Under the pieces are notes generated by a model that saw only the letters and a list, made by a program, of their open reading frames with translations, was not told the origin of the DNA and did no database searches. The position numbers were made by a program, and so were the translations under genes. A stretch of DNA of 64,000 nucleotides from Malacoraja senta (taxonomy: Eukaryota), in contig JAXLNO010000355.1 of assembly GCA_038087875.1 (NCBI GenBank), positions 62,001 through 126,000 on the forward strand, written 5' to 3'. Positions 12,606-24,600 of the stretch are shown here, in pieces; within the stretch, counting starts at the first letter, position 1, and every line of letters begins with the position of its first letter.

Positions 12606-13656
12606 ATGGCAAACTCGTCTCGCCATCCTAGTCCTCTGATCTTTGACTCTGACATTGCTGAACGCTGGCACCTTTTCAAGCATGACTACATTCACTACAT
12701 CCGCATTGTTCATCGCAACGATCCTCCAGATGTACGTGCTTCTGTGTTACTAAACCTCGCTGGTCCTGAGGCAATGAATCGTGTGGACCGTTTTACTTTT
12801 GAGCCTACTGTTATAGACCAAACGGACAGATCCAAGTGCCTGCAGAAACGATTGATGACCCTGCAGTCCTACTTGCAAAGTTTAGACAGTTCTGTGACCT
12901 CCCCTCGAACTCTATTATCAAATGTAACAAGTTTTTTGCTCGTAAGCAACAAGTTGGCGAGCCGGTTGAGTGCTTTTGAAGCGACTTGAAACACATGGCT
13001 GCGTGCTGTCATTTTCGAGATTTATGCGATTAACTGATCTGCGACAAACTCGTTGGAGGTATGCTCAGTGACAAGGTGAGAAATTAATTACTTCTGAACT
13101 GACTCTAAATCAAGCCAAACACGCCTGTTGGATTGCTGAGATAACGACTTCTCACACTAAGTTTGTGATCTCTGGGTGGCGCTCCCAGTATAGTGTTAAC
13201 CTTACAGACAACTCCTGTCATAACAAGCGTCTGCAGCCTTCCCCTGCCTGGCAGCAGAGCAGGACTACTACTCGATGTCCTAATTGTAACTATTCTCATG
13301 CTCCGGGTCGGGAGTTCTGTATTGCTTATGGTAAAATTTGCAATTTCTGCAAGAAATGTAACCACTTTGCAAAATGTTGTCGTTCCCGTGCGACTCAATC
13401 CACCCCAAGGACTGCATGCCATGCACGGCAGGGTATATAATGAGCTCAAGCGGATGATCTCCCTGGGTGTCATTGCTGAAGTTACTGACCCATCTGACTG
13501 TGTTTCCACCATGGTGGTTGCAACGAAGACAAACAAGGAAGAAATCCGTATCTGCATCAACCCCAGGGACCTCAACACAGCTATCGAATGCCCACACTAC
13601 CCTATGTGAACGGTAGAGGAAGTTGCTGCTCAAATAGGCAACGAATCAGTGTTCTT
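12606..13656 (+). pseudogene. Gypsy gag (frameshifts/stops, CCHC knuckle) joined by deletion to the RT N-terminus
   Basis: MANSSRHPSPLIFDSDIAERWHLFK...; CPNCNYSH...CNFCKKCNHFAKCC; then ELKRMISLGVIAEVTDPSDCVSTMVV...IRICINPRDLN. No protease domain lies between them. Confidence 0.85.
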
Positions 13657-15449
13657 GTCCGAAACAGGTGAATTGATCATGGGGAACAAGGATATGGCAG
13701 ACCAATTGAATAACTACTTTGGTTCCGTCTTCACTAAGGAAGACATAAATAATCTGCCGGAAATAGCAGGGGGCCGCGGGTCAAAGGAGATGGAGGAACT
13801 GAGTGAAATCCAGGTTAGTCGGGAAGTGGTGTTGGGTAAATTGAATGGATTAAAGGCCGATAAATCACCAGGGCCAGATAGGCTGCATCCCAGAGTACTT
13901 AAGGAAGTAGCTCCAGAAATAGTGGATGCATTAGTGATAATTTTTCAAAACTCTTTAGATTCTGGAGTAGTTCCTGAGGATTGGAGGGTAGCAAACGTAA
14001 CCCCACTTTTTAAGAAGGGAGGGAGAGAGAAAACGGGGAATTACAGACCAGTTAGTCTAACATCGGTAGTGGGGAAACTGCTAGAGTCAGTTATTAAAGA
14101 TGGGATAGCAGCACATTTGGAAAGTGGTGAAATCATTGGACAAAGTCAGCATGGATTTACGAAAGGTAAATCGTGTCTGACGAATCTTATAGAATTTTTC
14201 GAGGATGTAACTAGTAGAGTGGATAGGGGAGAACCAGTGGATGTGTTGTATCTGGACTTTCAGAAGGCTTTCGACAAGGTACCACATAAGAGATTAGGAT
14301 ACAAACTTAAATCACACGGTATTGGGGGTTCAGTATTGATGTGGATAGAGAACTGGCTGGCAAACAGGAAGCAAAGAGTAGGAGTAAACGGGTCCTTTTC
14401 ACAATGGCAGGCAGTGACTAGTGGGGTACCGCAAGGCTCAGTGCTGGGACCCCAGCTATTTACAATTTATATTAATGATCTGGACGAGGGAATTGAAAGC
14501 AACATCTCCAAGTTTGCGGATGACACTAAGCTGGGGGGCAGTGTTAGCTGTGAGGAGGATGCTAGGAGACTGCAAGGTGACTTGGATAGGCTGGGTGAGT
14601 GGGCAAATGTTTGGCAGATGCAGTATAATGTGGATAAATGTGAGGTTATCCACTTTGGTAGCAAAAACGGGAAGGCAGACTATTATCTAAATGGTGGCCG
14701 ATTAGGAAATGGGGAGATGCAGCGAGACCTGGGTGTCATGGTACACCAGTCATTGAAAGTAGGCATGCAGGTGCAGCAGGCAGTGAAGAAAGCGAATGGT
14801 TTGTTGGCCTTCATAGCAAGAGGATTTGAGTATAGGAGCAGGGAGGTTCTACTGCAGTTGTACAGGGTCTTGGTGAGACCACACCTGGAGTATTGCGTAC
14901 AGTTTTGGTCTCCAAATCTGAGGAAGGACATTATAGCCATAGAGGGAGTGCAGAGAAGGTTCACCAGACTGATTCCTGGGATGTCAGGACTTTCATATGA
15001 AGAAAGACTGGATAGACTTGGCTTATACTCGCTAGAATTTAGGAGATTGAGAGGGGATCTTATAGAAACGTACAAAATTCTTATGGGGTTGGACAGGCTA
15101 GATGCAGGAAGATTGTTCCCGATGTTGGGGAAGTCCAGGACAAGGGGTCACAGCTTAAGGATAAGGGGGAAATCCTTTAAGACCGAGATGAGGAAAAACT
15201 TTTTCACACAGAGAGTGGTGAATCTCTGGAACTCTCTGCCACAGAGGGTAGTTGAGGCCAGTTCATTGGCTATATTTAAGAGGGAATTAGATGTGGACCT
15301 TGTGGCTAAAGGGATCAGGGGGTATGGAGAGAAGGCAGGTACGGGATACTGAGTTGGATGATCAGCCATGATCGTATTGAATGGCGGTGCAGGCTCGAAG
15401 GGCCGAATGGCCTACTCCTGCACCTATTTTCTATGTATCTATGTATCTA
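13657..15449 (+). mobile_element. 5'-truncated CR1 LINE nested in the Gypsy RT; same subfamily as 3871-8415
   Basis: ORF 13649..15352 differs from the matching part of the 5017..8316 ORF at about 20 of ~565 residues (counted by eye). Same 3' UTR and tail. Confidence 0.96.
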
Positions 15450-17825
15450 CCTTACTACGTTCGGTACCCCCTTCGGCCATTACAAATTCCTGAGAATGCC
15501 CTTTGGCATCAACTCTGCCAGCGAGGTTTTTCAGCGCACGATGGAACAACTGTTTGTGGGGCATCCATGCGCCATCATTGTTGATGACATTCTCGCCTAC
15601 GGGCGCGACTTGGCTGAGCATGATGCCAATCTGAAGAGAGTGTTAGACCTTGCCAAAGACATTCAGCTCAAACTCAATCCCCTGAAATGCAGGTTTCGAG
15701 TCCTGGAAGTTACCTACGTCGGACATGTTTTCACAAGTGGTGGTCTCAGACCAGACCCATCAAAAACTGCTGCTATCAACGAGATGCCGGTTCCTACTGA
15801 CGTTACGAGTCTACAAAGGTTCCTTGGAATGGCCAACTACCTGGGGAAATTTATTCCCAACCTTAGCAACATATCTGCCCCCCTGCGGGAACTGAAACAC
15901 AAAGACACTGCATGGTCCTGGTATCCACGGCACCAAAGAGCTTTTGATATCCTCAAGTTGCAGCTGGCCAGCACACCTACCCTCGCTTATTTCGCTTTGG
16001 AGTTACCAGTAACACTCACATGTGATGCGTCCCAGTACGGACTTGTTGCTGCTTGCCTGCAGACCACTACCGATGGTGACTGCAAGCCTGTTTCATATGC
16101 CTCTCGCACACTAACCGATACTGAACAACGTTACGCCCAGATTGAAAAAGAATTGCTTGCAGTAGTTTTTGCCTGCACGAAATTCAAAGACTTTATTTTT
16201 GGGAAGTGTGATTATAGAAATAGACCACCAGCCGCTGGTCACCATCTTGAATAAACCCATTCACGCTGCTCCGGCTCGCCTGCAACGTATGATGATGCAG
16301 CTGCAGCGATTTGATTTCAACATTGTCTACAAAAAAGGCAAGGACATGCACATAGCTGACACGCTATCAAGGGCCCCACGCAAAACCAGCGAACAACAGC
16401 CCTCTGAACAGGACCAGTTCTCAGTAATGAAGGTATCGTATGTTCCCACTGATTACCTAAGCAGCCTGGCAGAGCACACGGCTGCTGACGAGACTTTACA
16501 ATTGCTGTCCGCCATCATCTGGCGTGGCTGGCCGGATAAACAACACAACACCTCGCTCGCGATCCGCCCATACTCCCTGATTCACGACGAACTGGTGTTA
16601 CAGGACGGGATTATAGTCAAGGGCCACAAGGCAGTTGTCCCAGCCGTCCTCCGGGACAAGTACTTCGACGCCATCCACAGGGGGCCACCCCGGCATGGAG
16701 GCAACCTTACAACGGGCACAGAACATGTTTTACTGGCCTGGTATGACCAAGTACATACGTGACAAAACTAAAGTCTGCGCCATCTGCAAAAGCCTGACGC
16801 CACACCAGCAGATGCAGCCCTTATTGCCGCACCCAGTTCCTCCTCTACCGTGGTCCATGGTAGCCACCGACATATTCGAATGGCATGGGAAACACTATCT
16901 GGTTCTTGTCGACTCTTATTCGGGCTGGTTTGACATTGATCTACTCCAAACCAAGCAGTTATCCAGAAGTTGCAACACCATTTCTCCGTGCACGGCTCCC
17001 CTGCACGCCTTCTATCCAACAACGGCAGTCAGTTCACCAGCCTGCTTTTCATAAACTTTGCACAATGATGGGACTTTCCACATATCACCAGCAGCCCTGA
17101 GTTTCCTCAGTCCAACGGACTCGCCGAACAGGCCGTCCGAAGCGCAAAACAACTAATGGAGCGTTCTTACCTTGCTACGTCTACCTGGACCTGCTCAATT
17201 TAAGGAACATTGCCAGATCCCATACTGGGTTCCCCAGCCCAACGACTGATGTCTCGCCAAACCCATGCAGCCCTGCCTGTACCCCAGCAGTTTTTGCAGC
17301 CACAGGTTCGTTTTCCACCTGCGGTCCAGAAACAACTACAATTCAAGCGCGATGCACAAAAAACGTTTTTTCGACAATTCCAGTAAGCCACTTAAACTTC
17401 TCTCCAGTGGACAGGTTGTTCGCCTCCAGACCAACAAGGGCTATGGCCATCTGGGTCACATCCACAGCCCTGCCAAAGAACCACGCTCCTACCTGGTTAG
17501 CGCGGACGGGGCCATTTACAGATGCAACCGTCAACATCTCCTTCCTGTAAAGTATTCAGAGGTCTCACGTTTTGTATTCCCTCTCACTACCGGGCCGGCT
17601 GCTCCACTACCAGAGACTGTGTTCCCCACGGCCTCTCCACGGCGTTCAGCGCCCAGCTCGCTTACTTCACCACCTCAACCCGGCGGGTCTCCGGTGTTGT
17701 CCCCGGTCAAATCCCCTGTCCCCTCCCCAGTCACTTCACTGGTGAAGGGAGGAGATGCAGATTCATACCGCACATGTGCTGGATGGGTCAGCAGGCCACC
17801 CAATAGATACGGCGATTTTGTGTAA
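15450..17825 (+). pseudogene. Gypsy pol remainder: RT, RNase H, integrase (several frameshifts)
   Basis: YLTTFGTPFGHYKFLRMPFGI, IIVDDIL, LTCDASQYG, YAQIEKELLAVVF, DHQPL, ADTLSR, H-GHPG..CAIC, ATDIF, LVDSYSGW, PQSNGLAE, spread over ORFs 15358, 16169, 16635 and 17265. Confidence 0.92.
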
Positions 17826-17929
17826 CCATGTATACTTCCCCATATGCATTATTAACGATTTGGCTGCTGTATTGTTTAGCTACCATGTTTTCGCGTATCT
17901 ATGCTTTATTTTGTTTCTACAAGGAAAGA

Positions 17930-18133
17930 TGTAGATTGGTTATTTCCTACTAACCAATTGTAGTGCTTGTTAGTAGTTGCTCCGCCTAATATGCGATTTA
18001 TATTACTAAGATCTTGCTTGCGTAATTCAGTCTGAGTAGCTGCTAGTTACTATAATGTCCTGCAGACCAATGCTGTAAGTGGACTTTAATAAATATGTGT
18101 TGTATCTTGACATGTGTACGACTCGACATTAAA
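17930..18133 (+). repeat. Gypsy 3' LTR
   Basis: Copy of 12312-12517 with about 9 substitutions and a 2-bp indel; terminal CA changed to AA. Confidence 0.92.
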
Positions 18134-18529
18134 GAAGGCTTTGAAGATATGGTTATTAACTTTACTGATGGTACAAAGGCAAGTAGAAAAGAAGTTCGTG
18201 AAAACGGTCTATGGAAGCTGCAAAGTATTAACTGAGGGAGCAAAGATCTGACAAATCGTGTGCAATATTGGAACATTTTTATACTAAGAGGATTTTTTTT
18301 TAAAGTGCATATTACCTAAGTGTTGAGAGGTGACAGAGCTTGAGGTACTGGTGGATCAGGGTAACTGTTCATGTCACAAAAGGCTAGTATGTTATTTGAG
18401 AAACTAAAAGAATATCTTTAGTTAATCTTCTTCATCCAAATAATTTAAATACATTGTAACAAGTTGAGATCCCAATACCGATCCTTTTGTCACACCTCTT
18501 GTTGCATGTCACAAATCACATTTATGCCT

Positions 18530-18752
18530 TTGTGTGGGAAGGAACTGCAGATGCTGGTTTATACCAAGAATGGACACAAAATACTGAAGTAACTCAGTGG
18601 GTCAGGCAGTATCTCTGCAGAAAAGGAGTAGGTGATGTTTCGGGTCGGAACCTGTCTGAAGATAGGTTCCGACCAGAATCGTCACCTATTCCTTTTCTCC
18701 AAAGATGCTGTCTGACCCACTCAGTTACTGCAGCATTTTGTGTCTATCTTTC
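18530..18752. mobile_element. Short palindromic Penelope-derived element with 13-bp TSD
   Basis: Two inverted arms of the pLTR-like repeat meet at a decayed hammerhead motif. cacatttatgcct at 18517-18529 and 18753-18765. Confidence 0.8.
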
Positions 18753-20401
18753 CACATTTATGCCTATTCTTAGTATCCAATTGTATCAAAGATTTTAATA
18801 CAAAAGTAGAAAATTATGCTTCATTTACAAAGTCATGGAGACGTCCGGTTATATGGCATGGAAACAGGCTCATCAGTCCAGCATGTCTATGCCGACCATG
18901 TTGCCTACCTGAACTAGTCCCATTGGCTGCGTTTTGGCCCATATCTCTCCCAATCCTTTCCTATCCATATACCTTTCTAAATGCCTTTTGAACTTTGTAA
19001 TTTTATCTACCCCTACCACTTCCTCTGGCAGTTCATTCCATGTACCCACAACTCTTTGTGTGAAAAGTCGCCCCTTAGGTCCTCTGTAAATCTTTTTCCT
19101 TGCATCTTAAAACTATGCTCCATAGGGCATGGCAAGACCACATCTGAAGGATGATGCACAGTATTAGTCTCCTTATTTAAGAAGAATTTAGTGCAGTTCA
19201 GAGAAAGTTTCCTAAACTGGTATCTGGAATGGGCAGACGGTCTTATGAGCAAAGGCACGGTTTGTATACATTGGAGATTGGAAGAGTGAGAGAGGACACA
19301 CTTGAAACATATAAGTTCTTGAGAGATCTTAACGTTGTGAACATCACAAGGAAGTTTCTTCTTTGGGAGAATCTAGACCAAGGGGTTACCAGATAAAAAT
19401 ATACAGTTGACCCTTTAGGAAAGAGACTTGGCAAAATAGAGGGTTGTAAATCTTTTAATCTTTGATCCTTGAAGGACAGTGGAACTAAAGTTTTAAAATG
19501 TTTTAAGACAGAGGTAAATAGATTTTGGATAAGTAAAATGATGAAAGGTTATTGCAGGTAGATGGGATTATCGAGATGAGGTCATGATCCTACTAAATGA
19601 CAGAGCAGGCTTGAGGGACCTGGTGTCCTATCACTATTGTATGTTCATGATGGAAATAAGAATACTCAGTATATTCATTACCTTTGAATTGTTGTTTTAT
19701 GTAATCCTGTCATAATTTCGGAGTTCCATTTCACAATATCTATCAGACATACAGAATGTTGCAAGGTAATATTTTGCCCAAACTCAGTTGTATCTTTCTA
19801 TCTCAATAAATATCACAAAATATGCCATTGTTTCAGCCACATTATGACAAAATATAGAAAGTAGGTTATTTGTAATCAGTCACCCCATCCCAGAAACAAC
19901 AGTACTTAAAGAAGAACATTTGTTTTACTAATTTACAGGCATGTACCATGCATAGTCCGTTGGTCCATATCCAGCATAATGTTGTGTAATTGCATAAAAG
20001 GTATTATTGTTTGGAATTTGGTGTGGAATAATAATCCATCTCAGTACTCATTTAGGTAAGTCCCAAGCTATAGATACTTTCCCCCCCACCCCCAATCCAC
20101 CTCGCCCGATCTTCATTGAACCTACCATTTTCCCAATCTTTTACTCAGCTGCTGTAACGTTTCCTTCCTATCTAATACTGTTTTATAACTTTCCCACCTG
20201 TCCACGTGGAAAGCTTGACTGGTTGGAGACGCTATCTAAATGCAATTTCTTGTTATTCACTAAGATCATTTCTTTGCTTTTGCAGATTATTTGTTCAGGC
20301 TTCTGAGAAAATTTGAAAGCAACATAATAACCAATAGGTACACAAAAATGCTGGAGAAACTCAGCGGGTGCAGCAGCATCTATGGAGCGAAGGAAATAGG
20401 T

Positions 20402-20429
20402 AACGTTTCGGGCCGAAACCCTTCTTCAG
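20402..20429 (-). ncRNA. Minimal hammerhead ribozyme motif in the Penelope pLTR
   Basis: Minus strand CUGAAGA-A-GGG-uuucgg-CCC-GAAA-CGUU: conserved core, 3-bp helix II, palindromic ACGU in place of helix III. Helix I is weak. Confidence 0.7.
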
Positions 20430-20546
20430 ACTGATAGGGGGTGGGGAGAAGAAAGGAAAAAAGGAAAAAGGCGGAGGAGGAGCCCGAGGGCTGGGGGAGG
20501 GGAGGAGACAACCAGATGGCTGATGAAGGGGAGGGGACAGCAAGGG

Positions 20547-21614
20547 CTAGCAGAATTGGGAGAATTCAATGTTCAGGCCACCAGGATGTAGACTGCCCAA
20601 GCGGAATATGAGGTGCATTTCCTCCAATTTACGGTGTTGCTTGCTGTGGCCATGGAGGAGACCCAGGACAGAGAGGTCAGATACGGAATGGGAGGGGGAG
20701 TTGAAGTGCTGAGCCACCGGGAGTTCAGGTTGGTTATTGCGGACCGACCGGAGGTGTTCGGCGAAACGATCGCCAAGCCTCCGCTTGGTCTCACCGATGT
20801 AGATCAGCTGGCATCTAGAGCAGCGAATGCAATAGATGAGGTTGGAGGAGATGCAGGTGAACCTCTGTCGCACCTGGAATGACTGCTTGGGTCCTTGAAT
20901 GGAGTGGAGGGGGGAGGTGAAGGGACAAGTGTTGCATCTCTTGTGGTTGCAAGGGAAAGTACCGGGGGAGGGGGTGGTATGGGAGGGAAGGGAAGAATTG
21001 ACAAGGGAGTTACGGAGGGAGCGGTCTTTGCGGAAGGCAGACATGGGGGGAGATGGGAAGATGTGGCGAGTGGTGGGGTCACGTTGGAGGTGGCGAAACT
21101 GATGGAGGATCACTTGTTGTATGTGACGGCTGGTGGGGTGAAAGGTGAGGACTAGGGGGACTCTGCCTTTGTTGTGAGTGGGGCGATGGGGAGAGAGAGC
21201 AGTGTTGCGGGGTATGGCAGAGACCCTGGTGCGAGCCTCATCTATGGTGGAGGAGGGGAACCCCCGTTCCCTGAAGAATGAGGACATTTCAGATGCCCTG
21301 GTGTGGAACGCCTCATCCTGGGAGCAGATGCGGCGTAGACGGAGGAATTGGGAGTGGGGGATGGAGTCCTTACAGGAAGCAGGGTGGGAAGAAGTGTAGT
21401 CCAGATAGCCATGGGAGTCGGTAGGTTTGTAGTGGATGTCGGTAAGGAGTCTATCACCTGCGATGGAGATAGTGAGGTCAAGGAATGGTAGGGAAGTGTC
21501 GGAAATGGTCCAGGTGTATTTGAGTGCCGGATGGAAGTTGGTGGTGAAGCGGATGAAGTCAGTCAGTTGTGTGTGGGTGCAGGATGTGGCACCAAAACAA
21601 TCATCGATGTAGCT
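20547..21614 (-). CDS. Penelope-like RT/GIY-YIG ORF, 5'-truncated at the YIDD motif, otherwise open
   Basis: Uninterrupted frame from YIDD to GLNIEFSQFC*. Residues upstream of YIDD look like flanking DNA. Confidence 0.85.
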   Translation of the reverse strand, partial: SYIDDCFGATSCTHTQLTDFIRFTTNFHPALKYTWTISDTSLPFLDLTISIAGDRLLTDIHYKPTDSHGYLDYTSSHPASCKDSIPHSQFLRLRRICSQDEAFHTRASEMSSFFRERGFPSSTIDEARTRVSAIPRNTALSPHRPTHNKGRVPLVLTFHPTSRHIQQVILHQFRHLQRDPTTRHIFPSPPMSAFRKDRSLRNSLVNSSLPSHTTPSPGTFPCNHKRCNTCPFTSPLHSIQGPKQSFQVRQRFTCISSNLIYCIRCSRCQLIYIGETKRRLGDRFAEHLRSVRNNQPELPVAQHFNSPSHSVSDLSVLGLLHGHSKQHRKLEEMHLIFRLGSLHPGGLNIEFSQFC

Positions 21615-24600
21615 ATATACCAATCGCGTTAAAAAGGTTGGATCCTGCAAATATAAATTGAGAATAACTTGAATTCGAGGTGCATTGAAAGCATGTTAAA
21701 TGTCGTTTAACCTGTCATATTCTTTAAACAAAGGAGGGATCTTTCACAAGTGATTCAACCGGTGTGCAATTAACAACCTGCGTTATTGTGACATGATGGA
21801 TGTCGTTCAAGTCGCTATATAAATGCAAATATATTACCACCAAACAAGAAGCGAACTGGAAGCGTTTGCATTTGGAGAAGTTCGATACGGACCAGGAATG
21901 AAAATTAATAGCGAGCCACGAGGTTAGATTTGAACACCTGTCAGCGGGCTAAGAAACAATCCTGAGTTGACGGCGTCTTGTTAAGTGAGCATTTTCCAGG
22001 GACCTTATATTCTGGTTAAATATTCTTTCCACGGAAATCTCCTATTTCACTTTGAAATTATATTCATTTATAACCGTTTGCAACATCAGTAGCCACCTTA
22101 ATGTTCGTGCGTTTAGTACCGAGTATGCTTGAAAGAATTTATTGTAATGTACTGTATCTTTCAAAAAGAACTACATCAACCAGGTGAAAATTACATTGAA
22201 TCGAACGATGATTGAAAATGCGTGGGAATCGACTAATCGCGATCCTGTTGCGATATTTAGTCGAAAGTTGTATTTTATTTCAAAGTGGGAATTTGAAGAT
22301 GGGGACAGAGATGCTACACAGAGATAGAACGTCGCACAAGAGTCGAACAGGATAATGCTTCACGATCAGGTTAGCGCACAGATGCGACAATTGAGGGTGA
22401 ATGGAAGGGAAATGAGTCTTCACAACCTCATTGTCTTCTCACCGATTCTCACCAGCCCAGGTGGTCAAATATCCGGGTTTCAACTAGTGTGCAGATTTGA
22501 AGGTGAGCGGGAGCGAGAGCAGGGAAGGTGTGCAAGGACTGTAAAAGCGGTGGAGCGGGTGACTGGAATACAAGGCAACATTCCACAATTCTGATTTTCC
22601 CGTGTACTCGATCAAATCGTAATATTTGGTATTCAGTAAGCAAATTACTGAACCCATGTGTGTATTAATCGGGGTACATTTTATTCTTGTGCTCTTAACG
22701 AAACCATAAATCTATAACAGCAATATATAAAACACTCTTGGCTCTTGACTTGATATTTTGCGCAAGACACCCCATTGGTAGGAAAGCGGCTGTAATCTAC
22801 TGTCCTGTTAGTAATAATCTAGTTCTCAAATTCTGCTCGGTTTCTATAGCCACTATTAACTAAATCTGACATGATCTTCAATGTACAAGTAATAATTCGG
22901 TTTCACCTTGCAGGTGTTCGTCCAAAAAAAAACCCATAATGGGAAGAAAAGAGTGAAACCCTAATATTACAAATGCACAGCGAAAAATGATGTTTCATTT
23001 TGCAATAAACTTAATAGAGCTATTAGAACAAAAAACAGTACAACGAATTTACACAGGGTGGCCAGTATTTTAGGTTTGGCATATCCATTCATACATGGAC
23101 TTTAAAATACTTAGCATCAACACTGGCATTTTACCGATGTGTTAATCATAACAATATTTGGCACGTTAATACCTCTAAGTTATCCGGTCGTCGGCGCTCG
23201 TCAATCAAAGCAACAAGACTGGTCGTTATTCTATTGAGCGATTAGCCCTTGTGACAAAACCATTAATTTCCAATATGGGAGAGATCCTGAAAATTACTAT
23301 TTGGCACTTTCTTTCTGAACTATTCCGTGATCAGGTTACCTATTATTTAGGGATTCCCTCGGTTCAAGTTCACTGGCTGATGGGCGGAGTTGGTGAAATG
23401 TCCTGAAATACCGGACCGCGAGAAGTTATTGGATCGCCCCAACTGTGAAGCGCGGGCAAAGAGAAAATAAGTCATAATAATCAGTGCCGGATAGACCAGG
23501 TGGCAGATATTTTGGAAATGGATTCAGTGCAAATGCGATTTAGCTGTGAAATTTGGGTTGAAGCTTTTCTTTACTTAAATTAAACAGAATAAGTTGACAT
23601 TACAGCACTTTCCCATGTCATACCAATAACACCCGGGAAAGCTTTATTTCCATTCTCTATTATATGCCATTGCTAACGTTTCCTATTTTAGGAATATTCT
23701 AAACGCACGTTTATTTGCATAACGGATTTATCTCGCTTGATTATGTGTGTATGCGGGTTTTTAGGCACTATAAACAGTTAAAATCCTGTGTCGAATTTAA
23801 CTGATAATTCGTCACAGTTAGATACAGAAGATTTATCTCCTCTTGTCCAAGGCAACATTAAATATTGAACCGGAACGTTTGATTTCGGATTTAAATTCCG
23901 TTTTTATTTTCCATCAGTATAATCCTGTAATTGTGCACTTCAAAATTAATTATAAAAGCTGAGCGGGGAGAGTGCGAGGGCAGTGGGAGAGGGAGCAGAA
24001 TCGCACTGGTGAGTGACAATGCAACCACTAAATCCATTCAAAGGAATGACATGTCACCTGTAACCACGACTGTAATCCTATCCACTACTCCATTGTCAAT
24101 CTCGTCTAATTTAATTATTGTTTATATTTCCGACAAGCCTTGATCAATTCAAATTATAACATTTGTAGATTTAGTTTTTTCAGCATTTGCGGATTTAAGT
24201 TTCGAGACAGCTGGAATCGTGTGAAGTCTATGGCCGCGTTCATTAATAGCCCCCAAACTGACTGGAAGCGTGCAATTTCTATTAAAAGACACGCACGTTC
24301 ATTGGGTTCTAACATCTATTTGTTTCCACCTCATGACAACGGAGAGAGAAGCGATGATTTACAGATGTAGGCGGCATGTGCCACCAGGATAATCCCATTT
24401 TACATCGGAATTTCGCAGTTTTAATAATATTTAAGGAGAATCCGACCTGTAACTATTTCAGTTTTCGTTACGTTTCCACCCGCACCCTCCTGGTAGATTG
24501 TCATAACTTAGTGGAAATCAGTTAGCTGTCAAATTGGCCATTTTCCTGCAAGGTGCCAGGTCGATAGTGGTGATAGCACGTTTGTCCATTCACGTTTCTG

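Larger units (their letters stand above)
11959..18133 (+). mobile_element. Decayed Ty3/Gypsy LTR retrotransposon, tandem three-LTR structure, 5-bp TSD GAAGG
   Basis: TSD GAAGG at 11954-11958 and 18134-18138. LTR stub 11959-11972; LTRs 12312-12517 and 17930-18133; PBS at 12518; PPT aaggaaaga at 17921-17929. Domain order gag, RT, RNase H, integrase. Confidence 0.93.
20335..21620 (-). mobile_element. 5'-truncated Penelope-like element (RT C-terminal half + GIY-YIG endonuclease + pLTR)
   Basis: ORF 20547..21650 has YIDD, LPFLDL, YKPTDSHGYL, SQFLRLRRICS, a Cys-rich linker CNHKRCNTC, and NLIYCIRCSRCQLIYIGETKRRLGDRFAEH. Downstream pLTR carries a hammerhead motif. Confidence 0.93.

Noticed and set aside
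661..15369. Antisense ORFs over the CR1 copies (e.g. 661..1176, 7647..8039, 14683..15075)
   Set aside because: Shadow frames of CR1 ORF2, repeated only because the element is repeated.
21720..21830. Possible ancient SINE tail (cgctatataaatgcaa)
   Set aside because: Too decayed to delimit or classify by eye.
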